NCBI GenBank assembly: GCA_964386665.1
Contig: CAYLQP010000003.1
Span: 28,731 to 92,730 of the forward strand
Source: an uncultured Candidatus Saccharibacteria bacterium
Lineage (GTDB): Bacteria > Patescibacteriota > Minisyncoccia > Phycocordibacterales > CAIRYW01
Direction: 5' to 3'
DNA: 64,000 nt
The number at the start of each line of letters is the position of its first letter. Position 1 is the first letter of the stretch. Shown in pieces: positions 36,715-45,615 of this stretch. The notes under the pieces are model-generated. The model saw only the letters and a list, made by a program, of their open reading frames with translations. It searched no databases and had not been told where the DNA came from. The position numbers and the translations under genes were made by a program.

Positions 36715-38985
36715 ATGTCACATACATCAAAAAAACTTCTCATCGTCGAGTCCCCTGCAAAAGCAAAAACAATCGAGAAATATCTCGAAGGTGCTTATAC
36801 TGTGCGCGCTTCCATTGGGCACGTTCGTGATCTTCCCTCTTCAAACAAAAAAGCAATTGATATAGAAGCAGGATTTGTTCCCCATTATGAAATTTCAAAA
36901 GGAAAAGAAAAAGTAATCGACGAACTCAAATCAATCGCAAAAAAATCAGACACAATCCTCCTTGCAACTGACCCCGACCGAGAAGGAGAAGCTATCGCTT
37001 GGCATTTAAGTGAATTACTTAAAACATCTACAAAAGGCAAAGAAGTTCACCGAGTGACATATCACGAAATCACCAAAGAAGCGATAGAAGAAGCCTTGAA
37101 ACATCCGCGTCCAATTGACCAACATCTACGCCAAGCTCAAGAAGCTCGTCGTGTGCTTGACCGTCTGGTTGGATACGATCTCTCAGGTATCATCTGGAAA
37201 AAAGTTCGTTATGGACTCTCAGCAGGACGAGTTCAATCTCCAGCACTGCGTATACTTATGGAACGAGAACGAGAAATTCGCAGTTTCACCCCTGAACAAT
37301 ACTTTGTCATTTCTGGTCTTTTTGAAACACAAAAAAAAGATACACTAACACTTACTTGTGCAATCGAGCCAAAGGAAGCAGTAGAAGCAAAACGAATCGT
37401 TGATCTTGCAAATGCACATCCGTGGCATATTGTTGATATTGAACATACTGAAGTCAAACGTGCACCAAAAGCTCCATTTACTACTTCTACTCTCCAACAA
37501 TCAGCTTCGACACGATACGGATTCTCTCCTTCAAACACAATGCGAATAGCTCAAAAGCTTTATGAACAAGGACATATCACCTATATGCGAACAGACAGTA
37601 CAAACCTTGCAGAAAGTGCTTTGAAAACAATCGCACAAACAATAAAAGAAATGTACGGAAATAACTATCTTGAACATCGAACATTCAAGGCGAAATCAAA
37701 AAATGCTCAAGAAGCTCACGAAGCAATCCGTCCAACCCATATCGAAAAGACATCACTTGGCAACACCGAAGAAGAAAAGAAACTTTATCGACTTATTTGG
37801 GCACGAACGATTGCAAGTCAAATGAGTGATGCAAAAATGTCTCGAACAAAAATCATTGCAAACATTGCTACTGCAAACCAAATCCCTGACTTTTCTGCCA
37901 CTGGTTCAACTATTGCATTTGATGGGTGGCTTCGAGGAGATCCTGATGCAAAAGGAGAAGAAAACATTTTGCCTCAAGTTGCAAAAAACGAAACACTCAA
38001 ACTCCTTGAAATCCAAAACGAAGCCAAGCAAACTCTTCCTCCAAACCGTTACAGTGAAGCAGGACTTATCAAAGAACTTGAAAAACGTGGAATTGGAAGA
38101 CCTTCTACCTATGCTGCAATCATTAGAACACTTGAGGAACGCGAGTACGTCACAAAAGAAAACAAAGCACTAAAACCAACAGACACAGGAGATGTTGTTT
38201 CAACTTTTCTTGAAGAAAACTTTGCCAATTATATTAGTGATACATTTACCGCAGAAATGGAAGATGAACTCGATGAAATCGCCAACGGTACTAGAGAATA
38301 CGAAAAAACACTACGAGACTTTTATACTCCGTTTACAAAAGAGCTCAAAGAAAAAGACAAGCTCGCCAAAGCAACGACGTTTGGCGAAGCAGACAGTAAA
38401 CACAGATGTCCAAAATGTGGAAGTGGAATGCTTATCAAACTTTCACGAGGTGGTAAGTTTCTTAGTTGTGAAAAATTTCCAGACTGTACTGGGGCACTCA
38501 CTCTCGAAGGACTTGAAATCAAAAGTGATGAACCAATTGGAATTGACCCAGTAAGTGGGCTTCCTATCTTTGTAAAAACAGGACGTTTTGGACCATATGT
38601 ACAACTTGGAATACAAATTAAAAAAACAAAGGCAAAAACAAAAAAGAAAAAAGAAGGTACAGCAGAAACAGCTGAAGAGCCAAAAGGTACTGTAACCAAA
38701 GCTCGAATGGCTTCAATTCCAAAAGAAGTCAATCCAAACGATGTCACAGTTCCAATGGCAATGAAATATCTGTCCCTTCCACGAGTTCTTGGAACACACC
38801 CTCAAAGTGGGAAAGAAATTCTTGCAAACAAAGGACGGTTTGGTCCTTATATTGTGCACGATGGAGATTTCCGATCACTAAAAAAAGATGATGTGTTTGA
38901 AATCACACTTGAGCGCGCACTTGAAATCCTCAGTGAAGAAAAGAAAGTAGGTCGTGGACGATTTACAAAAAAGAAAAAAGAATAA
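36715..38985 (+). CDS. topA: DNA topoisomerase I
   Basis: TOPRIM (KKLLIVESPAKAKTI), the catalytic Tyr region, and a C-terminal C4 zinc ribbon (CPKCGSGM…CEKFPDC). Confidence 0.9.
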   Translation: MSHTSKKLLIVESPAKAKTIEKYLEGAYTVRASIGHVRDLPSSNKKAIDIEAGFVPHYEISKGKEKVIDELKSIAKKSDTILLATDPDREGEAIAWHLSELLKTSTKGKEVHRVTYHEITKEAIEEALKHPRPIDQHLRQAQEARRVLDRLVGYDLSGIIWKKVRYGLSAGRVQSPALRILMEREREIRSFTPEQYFVISGLFETQKKDTLTLTCAIEPKEAVEAKRIVDLANAHPWHIVDIEHTEVKRAPKAPFTTSTLQQSASTRYGFSPSNTMRIAQKLYEQGHITYMRTDSTNLAESALKTIAQTIKEMYGNNYLEHRTFKAKSKNAQEAHEAIRPTHIEKTSLGNTEEEKKLYRLIWARTIASQMSDAKMSRTKIIANIATANQIPDFSATGSTIAFDGWLRGDPDAKGEENILPQVAKNETLKLLEIQNEAKQTLPPNRYSEAGLIKELEKRGIGRPSTYAAIIRTLEEREYVTKENKALKPTDTGDVVSTFLEENFANYISDTFTAEMEDELDEIANGTREYEKTLRDFYTPFTKELKEKDKLAKATTFGEADSKHRCPKCGSGMLIKLSRGGKFLSCEKFPDCTGALTLEGLEIKSDEPIGIDPVSGLPIFVKTGRFGPYVQLGIQIKKTKAKTKKKKEGTAETAEEPKGTVTKARMASIPKEVNPNDVTVPMAMKYLSLPRVLGTHPQSGKEILANKGRFGPYIVHDGDFRSLKKDDVFEITLERALEILSEEKKVGRGRFTKKKKE

Positions 38986-39140
38986 AATTTTTCCTCGTCC
39001 GTATACCCACTAGCTTGCTGTCCCCCTCGTTTCACTCGGCGGGGTATTATACGAGGAATCAGGGAAAATTTTGTTTGTAGAGAGTTTCTACGCAAACTCT
39101 GTTATCATCTCCTCGTGAGCTCGCTCCGAGGTATTTCAAG

Positions 39141-39169
39141 AATAAAAAAAGCTTGTCATCACGACAAGC
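39141..39169 (-). terminator. Rho-independent terminator (minus strand)
   Basis: Read on the minus strand: gcttgtc-gtgat-gacaagc + T8. Confidence 0.55.
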
Positions 39170-39171
39170 AA

Positions 39172-39339
39172 TTAATCTTCATCTTCATCATCTAGACCCT
39201 CTTCAACACTAGCTTCATCAGGATCATCCTCACAGTCTGTTGAGGGACCACCCTCTATATGAACCTTTATTTCTCGTTCTAACTGAGTTGCAGGATCATA
39301 ATATCCAGGAGGTATGCTGTCAAAAGAATAACGTTCCAT
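39172..39339 (-). CDS. Small acidic protein (55 aa; not in ORF track)
   Basis: Manual translation gives MERYSFDSIPPGYYDPATQLEREIKVHIEGGPSTDCEDDPDEASVEEGLDDEDED*. It lies directly downstream of parB and ahead of the terminator. Confidence 0.3.
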   Translation of the reverse strand: MERYSFDSIPPGYYDPATQLEREIKVHIEGGPSTDCEDDPDEASVEEGLDDEDED

Positions 39340-39366
39340 AACTAAATCAAGTCTATCAAACCAGTT

Positions 39367-40407
39367 CTAAACAGTAAAGTTATCAAGGTTATAAAACTCT
39401 TCTTCCTCAAATTTTTTCTTCTCTTCATTACTTCGATCATCGAGCGTAACCGCTGGTTTTTCTTCTGCGTCAGATCCACCATCGGTTACCTCCGATGCAA
39501 GATCAATTGGTGTTGCAGAGGTAAGCACCTGTGCTTCAGTTTGTGTGGAAGCAGGCAAATCAACGTCCGCCAACTTTTTCTGAAATCCATCTTTGATACG
39601 TTCCAAGATATCTCGAAGATCTGATTCGTTGAAATAATCGATATGGATTTTTCCTCCTTGAAGCTTCTTTTCAATTGACACTCGTGTACCAAGTACTTCG
39701 GTGAGCTTTTCTTCTATATCAACAATTTCTGGATGAGCCATCTTGTCGTGACGACGAACCTTTTCAAATGCAATTTTACGAGCAATCCCTTCTGTCTCTC
39801 GAACCGTCATTCGTTTGAGCATAATCTCCTTAAACAACACTAACTGTTCTTCAGGACGATCAATAAGCATAAGAAGCGGACGCGTATGTCCTTCCGAAAT
39901 CTTTTCTTCCGAAAGCGCTATTTGCATCTCTTCTGGCATTAACAAAAGCCGAATACTATTTGAAACATACTCTCGACTCTTTCCCACTTTCTTGCCGATT
40001 TCACCATGCTTAAGATTGAATTCATCTGCAAGTTTTTTGAATGCTTTTGCTCTATCGATTGGGTTTAAATCTTCTCGTTGAAGATTTTCGATGATTGCAA
40101 GTTCGAGTTTGAGTTTGTCGCTTTGATCCCCTGTTTTAATAATTGCAGGAACTTGAGTGAGCCCAGCAATCTTTGATGCTCGAAGTCGTCGTTCTCCAGA
40201 AATAAGTTCGTATTCAACTGCAAGACCTCCTTCTGGCTTTTCTACTTCACGACGTGTAACAACAAGCGGTTGAAGGATTCCATACTGACGAATCGAAAGC
40301 GCCAAGTCATTAAGACGAGCTGTATCAAATTCAATACGAGGTTGAAAAGGGTTTGGTTTGATTTTTTCGACTTCGATCCAGAAAATTGAGTTATTATAAA
40401 ATTCCAT
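39367..40407 (-). CDS. parB: Chromosome partitioning protein ParB/Spo0J
   Basis: ParB box …LQPLVVT… and the GERR motif (ISGERRLRASKIAG) with an HTH. Confidence 0.85.
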   Translation of the reverse strand: MEFYNNSIFWIEVEKIKPNPFQPRIEFDTARLNDLALSIRQYGILQPLVVTRREVEKPEGGLAVEYELISGERRLRASKIAGLTQVPAIIKTGDQSDKLKLELAIIENLQREDLNPIDRAKAFKKLADEFNLKHGEIGKKVGKSREYVSNSIRLLLMPEEMQIALSEEKISEGHTRPLLMLIDRPEEQLVLFKEIMLKRMTVRETEGIARKIAFEKVRRHDKMAHPEIVDIEEKLTEVLGTRVSIEKKLQGGKIHIDYFNESDLRDILERIKDGFQKKLADVDLPASTQTEAQVLTSATPIDLASEVTDGGSDAEEKPAVTLDDRSNEEKKKFEEEEFYNLDNFTV

Positions 40408-40498
40408 ATTCTAATATTAATTAATTATGTAGATGATTATATCAAAAAAGCATCATTTTAAAAAATAAAAAAGTGTGTTACATTAGTATCGTTCCTTT

Positions 40499-40579
40499 GC
40501 CGGAGTGGCGTAATGGTAGCCGCGCTCGACTCAAAATCGAGTCTCGCAAGGGGTGAGAGTTCGAGTCTCTCCTCCGGCA
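40499..40579 (+). tRNA. tRNA-Leu (anticodon CAA)
   Basis: Acceptor stem GCCGGAG/CTCCGGC, anticodon arm ctcga-CTCAAAA-tcgag, long variable arm, T-arm gagag-TTCGAGT-ctctc and discriminator A. A small hairpin (aaaaatgt-gca-acattttt) follows. Confidence 0.85.
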
Positions 40580-40585
40580 CAAAAA
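40566..40585 (+). repeat. 20-bp direct repeat, copy 1 (3' end of tRNA-Leu)
   Basis: tctctcctccggcacaaaaa recurs exactly at 40746..40765. Confidence 0.7.
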
Positions 40586-40745
40586 TAACAAAAAAAATGT
40601 GCAACATTTTTGAAGTATTTTTTTTAGACAAGGAGGAGGGGTGAGAAAGACGGAGCCAGTATACAAGCGAACGAAGTGAGGCTTGTCGGCGAGTCGGGGT
40701 CGCGGGGCTTTTTGAAAAAAATAACCTGTGACCGAATCTCTCCTC

Positions 40746-40765
40746 CGGCACAAAAAGCGAAGCGG
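40746..40765 (+). repeat. 20-bp direct repeat, copy 2 (att-like duplicate of the tRNA 3' end)
   Basis: Exact copy of tctctcctccggcacaaaaa, 180 bp downstream of the tRNA. Confidence 0.7.
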
Positions 40766-40820
40766 TTTTTTGTACCTGAAAGAAAGTTGCATATAATTTA
40801 GCGGTCGGGTAACTAAACAC

Positions 40821-41747
40821 ATGACACAAAATTCAAAACCAAAAATAATTGTTATCCTTGGACCAACTGCCAGTGGAAAAAGTGATTTAGCTGTGCATAT
40901 TGCAAAGCAATGTAACGGTGAAGTTATTTCTGCTGATTCAAGACAAGTATATAAAGGCCTTGATATTGGGAGTGGTAAAATCACAAAAAAAGAAATGCAA
41001 GGTGTCCCCCATCACTTACTTGATGTTGTGTCACCTAAACAAATCTTTTCTGTTGAAGATTTTAAGATCAAAGCACAAGAAGCGATACAGACTATTTTAA
41101 ATAAAGGAAAAGTTCCAATCATCTGCGGAGGGACTGGTTTTTATATTGATACACTGGTCAAGAATCTGGTTTTTCCTGAAGTCAAACCAAATCCAGCATT
41201 TAGAACAAAGAATCTAGAATTTACTGCTGAGAAACTTTACAAAAAATTACAAAAACTTGATCCAAAACGAGCAAAAACAATAGACCCTCAAAACAAAGTC
41301 CGCCTTATCAGAGCGCTTGAGATTGCAATCTCCCTTGGTAAGGTTCCAAAAATAACTTCAAAGCCGCTCTATGATCCACTTTATATTGGGATCAGTTGGG
41401 AAAAAGATGCGTTACAAAAACGTATTGAAAAAAGACTTCTCTCACGCCTTAAACAAGGAATGATAACAGAAGCTAAACATCTCCATGCAAAAGGACTTTC
41501 CTTTAAACGTATGGAAGCTCTTGGGCTTGAATATCGATACCTTGCAAGATATCTCAAAAAAGAAATAACAAAAAAAGAGTTAATCACAGAACTGACCCTT
41601 AAGATTTATCAGTATGCAAAACGCCAAATACAATGGTTTAAACGAGATACTGACATACACTGGTTTACAAGTAATGAACTCGATAATGTGCCCACCATCA
41701 TAACAACATTCCTAAAGTCTAATAGTGAGAAACCAAGCCTATTCTAA
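40821..41747 (+). CDS. miaA: tRNA dimethylallyltransferase
   Basis: P-loop ILGPTASGKS…ISADSRQVYKGLDIGSGK…. Confidence 0.85.
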   Translation: MTQNSKPKIIVILGPTASGKSDLAVHIAKQCNGEVISADSRQVYKGLDIGSGKITKKEMQGVPHHLLDVVSPKQIFSVEDFKIKAQEAIQTILNKGKVPIICGGTGFYIDTLVKNLVFPEVKPNPAFRTKNLEFTAEKLYKKLQKLDPKRAKTIDPQNKVRLIRALEIAISLGKVPKITSKPLYDPLYIGISWEKDALQKRIEKRLLSRLKQGMITEAKHLHAKGLSFKRMEALGLEYRYLARYLKKEITKKELITELTLKIYQYAKRQIQWFKRDTDIHWFTSNELDNVPTIITTFLKSNSEKPSLF

Positions 41748-42140
41748 TCCCTTACAATTGCTCGCAGGAGTATATCCAGCACGCCTTGCCTCCTCTGTCG
41801 AATTGAAAGTTATCTTGTTTTTTTCGGCTATCTGTTTAGCACCAGCACACCAAGGAAAGTGGTATTTCTTGCCACTTTTAGAGGCAACAACCACTGAGGC
41901 AACATTGGTAGATTGAGTAGGTACAGTTATCTCTGAAACTTGCTTTGAGGGAGAACTTGATGCTGATGAGGCCTTTATAATATCGATTCGAGCATCTTGA
42001 GCTTGGTTTGCACTTAGTTTTCCAAGCCCGTAAGAACCAAATCCAACCAGTATTATAATGAGTGTAACTAAAACCTCTTCTTTTACCGAAGCAAAAAAGA
42101 CCTTGATTTTTATTAAAAGATGCTTTATACTTTGAAACAT
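41739..42140 (-). CDS. Membrane-anchored protein with C-terminal Ada-type metal-binding-like domain
   Basis: N-terminal TM helix. The C-terminal KYHFPWC…N.ITF.STEEARRAGYTP…C resembles the Cys-containing Ada N-terminal zinc domain. Confidence 0.35.
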   Translation of the reverse strand: MFQSIKHLLIKIKVFFASVKEEVLVTLIIILVGFGSYGLGKLSANQAQDARIDIIKASSASSSPSKQVSEITVPTQSTNVASVVVASKSGKKYHFPWCAGAKQIAEKNKITFNSTEEARRAGYTPASNCKGLE

Positions 42141-42183
42141 AAACGTAAATACAGCTTAATTATAACCTAAAAATACAAAATAT

Positions 42184-42456
42184 ATGTCAACCAAAAAAGC
42201 CGGTGGAGTAGCCAAAAACCTGACCGATTCAAAACCAAAATTCCTTGGAGTTAAACTCTATGAAGGGCAAACTGCAAAAACAGGTTCTATTATTGTACGT
42301 CAAAGAGGAACACGAGTACTTCCAGGAACAAACGTAGCAGTAGGAAAAGACCACACTCTCTTTGCTCTCAAGGACGGTGTTGTAGAATTTGGAGAAAAAC
42401 GAAAGAAAAACTTCGACGGAACTTCTACAGTACGAAAGATTGTCCACGTAAAATAA
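42184..42456 (+). CDS. rpmA: 50S ribosomal protein L27
   Basis: …[13 protein letters not shown]…[13 protein letters not shown]…DHTLFAL…. Confidence 0.9.
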   Translation: MSTKKAGGVAKNLTDSKPKFLGVKLYEGQTAKTGSIIVRQRGTRVLPGTNVAVGKDHTLFALKDGVVEFGEKRKKNFDGTSTVRKIVHVK

Positions 42457-42508
42457 CCCATCAAACAAAAAACACTCGCTTCAAGCGAGTGTTTTTTGTT
42501 TGATGGGT
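42456..42508. terminator. Bidirectional terminator shared by rpmA (+) and rplI (-)
   Basis: About 20-bp palindrome acccatcaaacaaaaaacactcgc-ttca-agcgagtgttttttgtttgatgggt. Confidence 0.6.
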
Positions 42509-42957
42509 TATTTCTTTGCGGGAGTGATGATAAGTTTAACCTCTGCTTTATGAGTATGTGCTTTTACAACAATAGTGTATTCCCCTACTTCTTTAATTGG
42601 TTTTTCAAGTTCAATAAAATCTGGACTGATTGAAGAATGGATCTTTGAAGACAAGATTTCTGCAATTTGTTCTTTATGAAGACCTGCAAAAAGATGCCCT
42701 TTGTCATTTGCTTTTTCTTCAATTTCAACCACCTTTTCGTTGATTTCATTTATACTCTTTGCAAGCAAGTCTTCCTGAACTTTCATATCATCTCGAGCAA
42801 GTGCTTTCAGTGCCTCAACTTTTTCTAACGCATCTTTTGTTGCACTTTTTGCTTTTCCTTGTGGAATCAAAAAGTTAAATGCAAAACCGTCTGAAACGTC
42901 TTTTACATCAAATTTTTTTCCCACTTTCGCCACATCTTTAAGAAGAATTACTTTCAT
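42508..42957 (-). CDS. rplI: 50S ribosomal protein L9
   Basis: MKVILLKDVAKVGKKFDVKDVSDGFAFNFLIP…. Confidence 0.85.
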   Translation of the reverse strand: MKVILLKDVAKVGKKFDVKDVSDGFAFNFLIPQGKAKSATKDALEKVEALKALARDDMKVQEDLLAKSINEINEKVVEIEEKANDKGHLFAGLHKEQIAEILSSKIHSSISPDFIELEKPIKEVGEYTIVVKAHTHKAEVKLIITPAKK

Positions 42958-43044
42958 AGTATCGAATATATTTACATTAATAAGTTTCTGCCATTATAGC
43001 CTAAAAATCGTTTTTGTCTATATAACCTCTCAAAAGGTCACGCA

Positions 43045-44259
43045 TTATTTTAAGACCTGAACCGCTTTTTCTAGTTGTACATCTTTGCCACTTTTTTGTT
43101 CTTCAAGAGTCGGTTTCACTACGAATTTTGGAGTAATTCCTACCTTTGAAATATAGGCACCCTTTGGGAGAAGCCATCGTGCTACTGTTAGTTTAAGTGA
43201 CGTATCTTTTGTTACCGAAATCAATTCTTGAACAGATCCTTTTCCAAAACTAGTCTCTCCTACAAGTGTAGCAATACCGTAATCATTTAATGCTCCGGCA
43301 AGAATTTCTGATGCAGAAGCCGAACCACCATTTATCAAGATAACCATTTTTGCATTAGATTTGAATGTATTGTATCCAAGGCTTCGATGTACTTGAGCTT
43401 CTTTCTTATTACCATAATCTTCAGTTACAATTACTTTTCCTTGTGGCAAGAAATAACTCGCCATTTCAACTGCTGATTCAAGGTATCCTCCTGGATTATT
43501 TCGAAGATCAAGAATGAGTTTTTTGTAATTTCCTTGATTGAACTTTTGCATAGCATCTTTAAACAACGAAACTGAAAGAGCATTAAATTCAAAAAGCTTT
43601 ATTTTGTAGATTCCTCCTTCAAGGACTTCTGTTTCAAGAGTTGGCACAAGAATCTTGTCTCGAATAATTGAAATTTCAATTGGTTCTGGTTCTCCTTTGC
43701 GAATCAATGAGAGAGTTACTTTTGTTCCTTTTTTCCCTTTGATCCGTTTAACGGCTTCAGAAACTGTCATTGAAACTGATTCTGTACCATCAATTTTGTA
43801 GATAATATCTCCTGCTTTTACACCCGCTTTATCTGCTGGAGAATCTTTGATAGGTGAAATTGCCGTCAATACATCATCACGAATACCAACCACTACTCCA
43901 ATCCCCTCCAAACTTCCAGAAAGTTCTTCATCAAATAGATTCTTTTCTTCTGCAGGAAGATATTCAGAATATGGATCACCAAGTGCAGCAACCAACCCTT
44001 TGATTGCGCCGTCAATCTTGTCACTATCCGGTGTACTTGAAGCAGTGCCAGAATATACATATCTCTTATCCATCAAATCCCATACTTTCCAGAAATCACT
44101 TAGATCAAGTTTCTGTGAGACTTCAAGTTTTTTCGAATTCAAAAGTCTATCTTCTGCTGTTGCAAATTCAGACTTAACAAGCAATCCTGCAAAGAAAGAA
44201 ATACCAACAAGAAAACAGAGTGCAATAATAATGTGTATCTTTTTGTGTAATGTAATCAT
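43045..44259 (-). CDS. ctpA: Carboxyl-terminal processing protease (S41, PDZ)
   Basis: PDZ domain (…GIGVVVG…) and S41 catalytic region (…LINGGSASASEILAGAL…). Confidence 0.8.
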   Translation of the reverse strand: MITLHKKIHIIIALCFLVGISFFAGLLVKSEFATAEDRLLNSKKLEVSQKLDLSDFWKVWDLMDKRYVYSGTASSTPDSDKIDGAIKGLVAALGDPYSEYLPAEEKNLFDEELSGSLEGIGVVVGIRDDVLTAISPIKDSPADKAGVKAGDIIYKIDGTESVSMTVSEAVKRIKGKKGTKVTLSLIRKGEPEPIEISIIRDKILVPTLETEVLEGGIYKIKLFEFNALSVSLFKDAMQKFNQGNYKKLILDLRNNPGGYLESAVEMASYFLPQGKVIVTEDYGNKKEAQVHRSLGYNTFKSNAKMVILINGGSASASEILAGALNDYGIATLVGETSFGKGSVQELISVTKDTSLKLTVARWLLPKGAYISKVGITPKFVVKPTLEEQKSGKDVQLEKAVQVLK

Positions 44260-44292
44260 ATATGTTTTATTATATCACCCTATAAAAAAATA

Positions 44293-45609
44293 TCATCTTT
44301 GTTGCCACTCCTCTTCTTGTCGCACCAAAAGCTTCTTTTGTTTTAGCCTATCTTGCAAAAGCGTTTCAACTACTCGCTCCATTCGTGCCCCTTGAGAACC
44401 TTTTATATAGACGACATCTCCTTCTTTTAAAATAGAATCTATTTTTTCTTTTGCTTCCAAAGAAGACTCAAACCAGTGCAAATTCTTCTTATCCATTTTT
44501 TTAATTTCGGCACCATCCAAAAAATCTTGTGCTCTCATTCCCACTGCCACAATTACATCAAATACACTTGCACCAAGTTCTCCCAAACGCAGATGTTCAG
44601 CAACAGAGTGACGCCCGAGCTCAAGCATATCTCCAAGAATAGCAATTTTTCTATGTTTTGTTTTGATGGTTTTTACAAGCTCCATACCTTCTTCAACCGC
44701 TAAAGGAGAGGCATTGTATGTATCATCGATAAGCACCATCTGGTTTTTTCCGGGAATAATATTCATTCGTCCAGGAGCGCATTGATGTTCACCAAATGCC
44801 AAAGATACATTTATAAGGTTAATTTCGAGATGCTTTGCAACACAAAAAGATGCGAGTACAGGATAAATATGCTGAGGTCCAAGCGCTTGTTTTAACATTA
44901 CAGGAAAACTACTTCCTTCTACATCGATTTTAACTGACATACCTTTTGGTACATCATCCTCATACACAATACTCGGATACGACGCTCCGACATCAGCCTT
45001 GGATTTAAGACCGAAGGTGATATGTTGATGTTTTTTATTTTCTTTTAGTAGCAACAAATCAGAATCATCTTGATTCAATACGATTACTCCGTTTCGTTTT
45101 AGTCCATTCAAAAGATTTGATTTTTCTTTGACCACATCTGCAACCGATGGATAAAACTCAACGTGCACTGGCACCTTTCCAATCCGAGTAAATACTGCAA
45201 TATCAATTTTGAGCCACGACATTACTCGAGCAATATCCCCTGGTCGATCTGCACCGATTTCAAGAACAAGCCAAGCTGGATATTCTGTTTTTTGAAACAA
45301 AACCTTTAGTCCTTTTATAATATTTAAAAACCACGTTTTAGGATCGTTCCACCCATTTGGTAATCCCAAGATTGTAAGGGGAATTCCTATTTCACTATTA
45401 AAACTTTTTTCAGTTTTACGAACAAAGTACGTTGTTTGAAGTGCAGTAAAAATAGCATCTTTTGTTGATGTCTTACCAACACTACCTGTAATACCAATAA
45501 CACGCGGTTTGTATTTTTTGAGTACTAATTTCGCTTCGAGCGTGAGAATAAATATAATTATTTTTTTTAGTATATGTTTCATTTTTTTAGTCATTAACTT
45601 GCAAATCAA
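44293..45609 (-). CDS. murF: UDP-MurNAc-tripeptide--D-Ala-D-Ala ligase
   Basis: Mur ligase P-loop GITGSVGKTSTK and C-terminal domain. Confidence 0.8.
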   Translation of the reverse strand: MICKLMTKKMKHILKKIIIFILTLEAKLVLKKYKPRVIGITGSVGKTSTKDAIFTALQTTYFVRKTEKSFNSEIGIPLTILGLPNGWNDPKTWFLNIIKGLKVLFQKTEYPAWLVLEIGADRPGDIARVMSWLKIDIAVFTRIGKVPVHVEFYPSVADVVKEKSNLLNGLKRNGVIVLNQDDSDLLLLKENKKHQHITFGLKSKADVGASYPSIVYEDDVPKGMSVKIDVEGSSFPVMLKQALGPQHIYPVLASFCVAKHLEINLINVSLAFGEHQCAPGRMNIIPGKNQMVLIDDTYNASPLAVEEGMELVKTIKTKHRKIAILGDMLELGRHSVAEHLRLGELGASVFDVIVAVGMRAQDFLDGAEIKKMDKKNLHWFESSLEAKEKIDSILKEGDVVYIKGSQGARMERVVETLLQDRLKQKKLLVRQEEEWQQR

Positions 45610-45615
45610 TCTATC

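Noticed and set aside
40458-40984. Two long minus-strand ORFs (123 and 168 aa) overlapping tRNA-Leu and the start of miaA
   Set aside because: They run antisense through a well-formed tRNA gene and a GC-rich att-like spacer. This is a classic GC-driven ORF artefact.
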